A DNA stretch of 64,000 bases from NCBI GenBank assembly GCA_030704615.1, contig CM060731.1, positions 83,390,001 through 83,454,000 of the forward strand, written 5' to 3'. The DNA is from Takakia lepidozioides (Eukaryota; Plantae; Bryophyta). The position numbers were made by a program, and so were the translations under genes. Of the stretch, positions 58,386 to 64,000 are shown piece after piece (within the stretch, counting starts at the first letter, position 1; every line of letters starts with the position of its first letter). The notes beneath the pieces were generated by a model. That model did not search any database and had not been told where the DNA came from. It saw nothing but the letters and a program-made list of their open reading frames with translations.

Positions 58386-59126
58386 TGTCGAGCGGCTTTT
58401 ACTCACCCATCCCTTCGCTATCCGAGGTGGGAACTCCAAGATAGAAGAGTTGGATATCTCTAAGCACTCAGCCCGCTCAGAACAATCAGTCATGACCTAC
58501 AACTAGTGTATCATGGAAGTGCTTCCTGTTTGTATTCCTTCTTGCCTTCATGTCAGCAAGTTACCTTACTGTTTATATTTAAGTATCAGATTGCTTCAGC
58601 AATCTACCAGGTTCCAATCACTCATCCATTCATTCAACAGCTTCACTCAGGTCTCTCTACACAGTGTGAGTATGGAATATGTATTAAATTAAGATCTATC
58701 AAGTATCAGGCCGAAGCCATGGTGTCTCTGCTCTACAGTACAACTCTACAGCTTGCATGAATCAAGCATCATCTCCTCGTATGTGTAATCTCCATCCCCT
58801 GTGCTCTCCGCTTGACCTCCTTCCGTGATGTACAGGTCATGATCCCCGAAGTGTCATCTCCCCGTTGCTATTCTACCCTTTCTACCTGCAAGCTGTTCTA
58901 ACTGCCTAGCTAACTAACTGTCATCCAGACAGAATACACGTTCCCTTTGCCGATGTCGTTCCCTGCCATGGTAACCGTTCCCTGCGAATTCTTTGACGGG
59001 TTATGCCAAACTGTGTCGGGTGTGACTGGCTGTGTTGGACTGTGTCGAGCTGTGTCGGGCTGTGATGACTGTGTCAGGCTGTGATAGACTGTGATAGGCT
59101 GTGTCAAATTGTGTAAGCTTGTGTAC
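58386..59126 (-). mobile_element. Partial LTR of a Gypsy-1-related family
   Basis: Reverse complement resembles 17160-17801 (GCTTTTACTCACCCATCCCTTCGCTATCCGAGG), with GGCTGT repeats at 59010-59105. Confidence 0.8.
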
Positions 59127-60640
59127 TGTAGTGTGAATGCAGGGGAGTGACATTACATTTTGTCTTACCGTTAAGACCCTGCATCACTACAACGGGAGTG
59201 CCCGTTGTACAACTACAGGAGGGATATATCCCTGCATACAGGTAATTTCATGGGCATACTGTGCTTATGCTTTGCCAGGATAAAAATGGCTAAGTCATGA
59301 CCATGCGTATTTTCATCCGTAGGATGCACGTTTTCATCCCAGGTGTTTAACCTAGAAACGCGGGTTGAGGAAAACGAAGAGGAAGATGACGGGCAACTCT
59401 TAGCAGCTGCTGCGAGCAGTGGGGTTGTCAGGGCCGTCTGTTTGTGGGAGGTTGTACCTACGCTATGGGACTCTGCTTGGTTTTGAGAGCGGCATTAAGT
59501 GCTTCTGCTTGGTATTCTGTGTAAGGGAAAGCAGTGCCGCTTCTCTCGTAGTGATGATCAATTCCTGGAGTAGGAGCATGTAAGAAGGGCGGCGCACCAC
59601 CGCTGTCGCCATTGCCTTGAAGAAAACAATTATGGGCAGATGAGCAAGCAAGGAAAACGGCCAGCTGCCGGAAGCACAAGGAAGTGAGTTGTGGGCACAA
59701 TCAATGGAGGGGATGAGGCATGTGAAGTGCTGGCTGGATGGCAACTCAGGTTATCTGTAATCAAAGCTTATAGCTGCTTTTGTGTCATCTTACTATAGGA
59801 CCATATCAATTCTTAGGGAAGAATTGCACGCATAGAAGGATAGAGTATTTAGTTGGCAAGCCACAGGATGTTCCATAGGATGAAGAGGAGCCATCATGGC
59901 ATGATAAATACTGGAATCAAGACAAGGAGAATAGGTTGAAGTGGCTGCTGACAGGCGATGGTGAGGTGCCATCTTGGCAGGCAGATCCACCGCTTCGCTG
60001 GAGGATAAAACAGATAAGTTCGTAGACTGTGGGCTTCGGTTTTTGGGGGAGTGGTGACTTAGAAATCGTTTTGGTGTGGATTTAGGACTGGCTCTATGTA
60101 GAGGAGAAGGAGGTAGAGATATGTGATGGAGGAAAAGGTTTTGGAAATGGAATGGAGACTCTGAAACTTCAAACCAGGATAGGGAAAGGATGGATGCACC
60201 TGATGTTATAGTGTCAGTAGGAGAAATGAGTGGTGGAGAGACTGCTTGTCACTGAATCAGAATGGTCACTGTTTATCTTCATTCTTGTTCTTTGTTTCAG
60301 TGTTATGAACCTGCACACAATGTTGCCCTGGGTATTGATACACTGGAACCAATGTAGGCCTAGCTTGGCTGATTGAAAACACCAGTGAGGGTTAGTTAGA
60401 ACTGTTGAAAACAGAGAAAGGATAATGTGGAAGGGGAGGCAACACCGGCACTGATTTGTTTTTCTTTTGGAACTAGTTTCCAGCATGGTCTCAGGGTATG
60501 AACAACTGAGGTTCATAGTTGAAGGGAAAAGAGGGCTGTTGGGGTATTTGGTTGAAACCTATAGAAAGGCTGAGAGCTGTTTGGGCAATGGCTTCTTTTG
60601 GAAAAAGGTAGTGTGAAGGGCTGGTCATTGACAAGAGAGA
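59127..60640 (+). mobile_element. Gypsy-X LTR, third copy, truncated at the (GA)n tract
   Basis: Near-identical to 32219-~33730. Confidence 0.92.
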
Positions 60641-62867
60641 AGATATACATGTCATGTCAAGACATGGACAAGACCACTAAGGTCATTGTCATTGAAAGAC
60701 AAAGCAACCCTTTACAGGGCATCATCTAACAACCCCTTTTACCAACTCATTTGAACATCTTATAACTTTTCAGGGTATCTGAAAAAACAGGGTGGGAGGG
60801 CGGGATTCCTGGTCATTCATATCCTGAAAGTCCCATAAGTTGACATAAAGCATTCATTTTTTGTTGTTGACACGGGTCAAGCCTTACATAATCTAGTTCT
60901 TGAGCCATTCATCTTCCTAAAACAGCATCCTGTGTAGGCGTGAAACTGATCTGTCAGTGCCAAGACACATGCAAGATTCATAAAGTAGAAGCGTGGCTGA
61001 GTTTTTTCAGGCATATGTAAGCCTGGATAGTTATTCCAGGACTTCAAGATCAAAACTCTGCCATAGTATAAGGTAGGAAGCGCACAACATCTACCAGCAA
61101 GCAGTTCTTGAAAACCAAAATACTGATGGGGCCAGGTCTGAAGGTGCTTCAGTGCCAAGTCATAAGCCAGATTTCTAACAAAACAAAACATAGGGCTGAG
61201 TACCCTCAAGTAGATATGGGCCTGGAGTGGTATTCCAGGGCCTCATAACAAGCTCTGCTAGTTAAAGAAATGAACTCAGAAACCATTGTCCCCTATCATG
61301 CAATGAAATAGTGGTGATATAAGAGCCTTGAAGACTGTTTGTTATCACAAGGTCTATCTTCTGATCCATCAGAGCCAGGCCATGGTGTTTCATTTCAGAG
61401 CTTAGTTTCCATGCTGCCAGAGCTATAGCCGCAGCCATGTACCTTTGTTGAAAATAGCCAGAGCCTTCAACAGAGACTTTGTTTTCTATGAAGTCCCTTG
61501 TGTGTCTTAACTCCAAAACATATAGAAGTGGTTATCAAGAACCAAAAACAGGGATAAGGAGTAAGAAGGTGATCCTCAATAGAGCAGACTTGAAGCCGAT
61601 TTGAGGCAGCAAGATGGCAGATTTGAAACAACAGTTGGTATCAGCAGCTTCAGGCGGTAGCAGCAATCCCTTATGCATGAATCAGACTCTGCAAGCTTCA
61701 ATAATTCAAGACAAGTGAAGACCCTCACCTGTGCCCGTCCCAAAAACCACCATATAGAGATGTGTGTTAGTGAGGATGCATCAGGTGAGTGGCAGGTTTT
61801 CACAGTTGCTATCCATGTCAGTGTTGAATTCTAAAGCATGTACAAATCGTAATCCAAGCAAGGGTACACTAAAAAAAAAACCTTGAGTGTTTGTGGTATG
61901 CCCTGCGCCATGGCGTCCAGTAGATGTCTCCAGCAGAACGTAATCAAAGTAGAAGTGTTCACAGATAGAGAGTAGCTCATACAGAAAGAGAGCAACATGT
62001 AATCTGTGGCTAAGTAGGGGTGGAGTACTTCCCAACGAGGAGTAAGAGCGCCACTGCGAATTTAACAGAATCATAAATTTCTGAGCAGAGCGATCACTGC
62101 ATTGTCGACTGCCAGAGAGGAATCTGTCTATCTGCCAATGTGCATCCCAAAAGCCAGCCATCACGAGTACCATGTAGCCGCAAGGGAGCAGGTTTACACG
62201 GCGCATCATCAAGGATCATAGAAGCACGAGTTCTGTGCTGTGAAATATGTCGGCCCGTTTAGGGCACAACTTCCCGATTTCTCATCCAGGGTGGATGAAA
62301 AATCACATTTTAAAGAGATGCACTTTGTTAATGGATGATATCCCATGAAAAGGTATCTTAGGGTTACGGTATAGGCTTAGGTTTAGTAACTGCCATCATT
62401 TATGATGGTACAAATTACTACCTCTTGGATTTTTAGAATAGGTCACCATTATTCATGTATTTCATCCAGTTTAGATGAAAGAAGCAAATAGTAAGTATCA
62501 AGGCCAAATGAAATCCAAAAAGTTATAGAGGGAGAGGGAGAGAGGGAGAGAGAGGGACCCACCAGTCAATCCCCTGGCATGGCCGAACCTTACGGAATGA
62601 GTGTGGTATGCACTCACCCCGTAAGGGAGTGCATACCAGACCTCTTCTCATAAGGTTTTCCCTCTTCCATGTAGTTCTATCATCGGATTATATTATCCAA
62701 GGGAGTAGAATCCTACATCCTCATTTCCTCGGCTCATGAATGAAGCATTAGTATAAAAATGTGGCATAGCAAAACTAGTATAGTATTACTAGCAAAGAAC
62801 ATAGAGTTCAATGGTATACTTAGCTCTGGATAGGTTTTTGGAAAATACCTTTCAGTTTCTCAATAAG

Positions 62868-63959
62868 CTAATGTACAGGGAAGAACATGCCAGGGAATGA
62901 GCCTCGTTCAAGGAACCTTGTCAAGATACGAGCAAGTTTCCTGGTCTTGAAACCATTCCTCCCAGGAGTGTTAATCAGAATGCTACATTCCTTCCAAGCC
63001 AAAACAACATTGCTGGAAATGTATAGAATAGGCACAGCTTGTGAAATCACAATGTTGTAGGATTGATTCACAGGCCTATTGGATAAGAACTGGATATATT
63101 GAGTGTAAGAGAAAGGAAGTAGTCTTCTCTTGTCATATTTCTGGAAATAGAACTCACCTGTGTCACTGTTTGAGACTGTAATCTGGATATTCATGAAACA
63201 AACTTCCAACCCCACGTATTGGGAATCGGTTTTGGTATATAGTAGCTCAGGTTTGATCTCCACTACATTGAGTGGGTAGATCCACCAAGGGTTGTTGCTG
63301 CTTCTGTCTGCCCTTGGGTCCAGGAACAACATTGCATCACCCACATTCAGCCAGCATATATCATCAATGTATCTGAAGGCAGATTTAAACAAAGGCATGA
63401 GCTGGAATTGTCCCAAAGCTGCAAGCCTTAAGATGAATTTGATCTCGTAAGAAAGGAAGTACATGTTGCACCATAATGGTGAGCATGAAAAACCCATAGG
63501 TATTCCAGAAATCTGCTGCCACACACGGTCCCCTAAGGCAACAAAATAGTGTGACATAAGCCATTTGTGGAGCATAAGTAACTTGGCTTCAGAAAGCTCA
63601 ATCCAAGTACCTGATTTCGGGGAGGACATGCCCCACCTACTTTTCCGGAAGGTACCGTTTTTGGCTGGAATCCATAGAGTATGACGTGCCCGGGGGTGAG
63701 ACCTATGGTGTTGCTGGAATGCAATCTTCACCACGTATTCAATGGCGTCCCCTAAGTTATCATGACCTGTCAAAGGTATGTTCTCATAGCATTGTGTAAT
63801 GTCAGCCACAAAGATGTTATGGACTTTTGCAGGCAGGTTTAGTGTAAAGTCAGTGATGGAATCAATAATCCAATACATAGCAGTAGATACTTTGAAAAAT
63901 TGCTCATAAGTATCCAGCCTTGTTTTGGTCCATTCTTTTACCAATGGTAGAAGATCCAT
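62868..63959 (-). CDS. Penelope-like element reverse transcriptase (probably 5'-partial)
   Basis: ADITQCYENIP, WQQISGIPMGFSCSPLWCNMY, FRYIDDI and FMNIQITV..KYDKR, a PLE-type RT motif set. No GIY-YIG domain seen. Confidence 0.7.
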   Translation of the reverse strand: MDLLPLVKEWTKTRLDTYEQFFKVSTAMYWIIDSITDFTLNLPAKVHNIFVADITQCYENIPLTGHDNLGDAIEYVVKIAFQQHHRSHPRARHTLWIPAKNGTFRKSRWGMSSPKSGTWIELSEAKLLMLHKWLMSHYFVALGDRVWQQISGIPMGFSCSPLWCNMYFLSYEIKFILRLAALGQFQLMPLFKSAFRYIDDICWLNVGDAMLFLDPRADRSSNNPWWIYPLNVVEIKPELLYTKTDSQYVGLEVCFMNIQITVSNSDTGEFYFQKYDKRRLLPFSYTQYIQFLSNRPVNQSYNIVISQAVPILYISSNVVLAWKECSILINTPGRNGFKTRKLARILTRFLERGSFPGMFFPVH

Positions 63960-64000
63960 GGTAGTTCTTGTAAGGAGGCTAGCTAGTTCACTGAAAACAC

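Noticed and set aside
60641-62860. Short minus-strand ORFs, a possible host gene, or a hammerhead ribozyme
   Set aside because: No recognisable motifs or coherent exon chain, and no CUGANGA...GAAA core was found by eye; left unannotated.

Overview
Eukaryotic, most likely land-plant, repeat-derived DNA with no host gene. It is a nest of Ty3/Gypsy LTR retrotransposons and large DNA transposons, plus a Penelope-like RT at the right end. The main finding is a family of ~13-14 kb Mutator-like (MULE) elements, seen here as four copies or fragments (A, B, D, E). The two complete elements (A, B) carry a GCM-like/DDE/SWIM transposase. Divergent from it is a spliced gene carrying a prokaryote-type beta-class amino (N4C/N6A) DNA-methyltransferase fold with an atypical D[IL]PDG motif IV; in B it is fused to a ParB/Srx-like domain. 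Each subfamily has arrays of its own palindrome in introns and intergenic DNA, around a shared CGGYRCCG core (A: AAATGCGGYRCCGCATTT; B/D: AAATTCGGCGCCGAATTT; E: TAGTCGGYRCCGACTA). The A, B and D arrays are mostly spaced at whole helical turns (32, 53, ~73, 85, 95 bp). Element B (41188-54334) is complete end to end, with short TIRs and an 8-bp TSD. Split TSDs and split reading frames show that ~31191-55053 is inverted. Undoing the inversion gives the nesting order MULE-D > Gypsy-X > MULE-A > MULE-B, with Gypsy-1 in the Gypsy-X 3' LTR. All coding copies carry stops or frameshifts. Domain calls come from motif recognition by eye; no searches were run.
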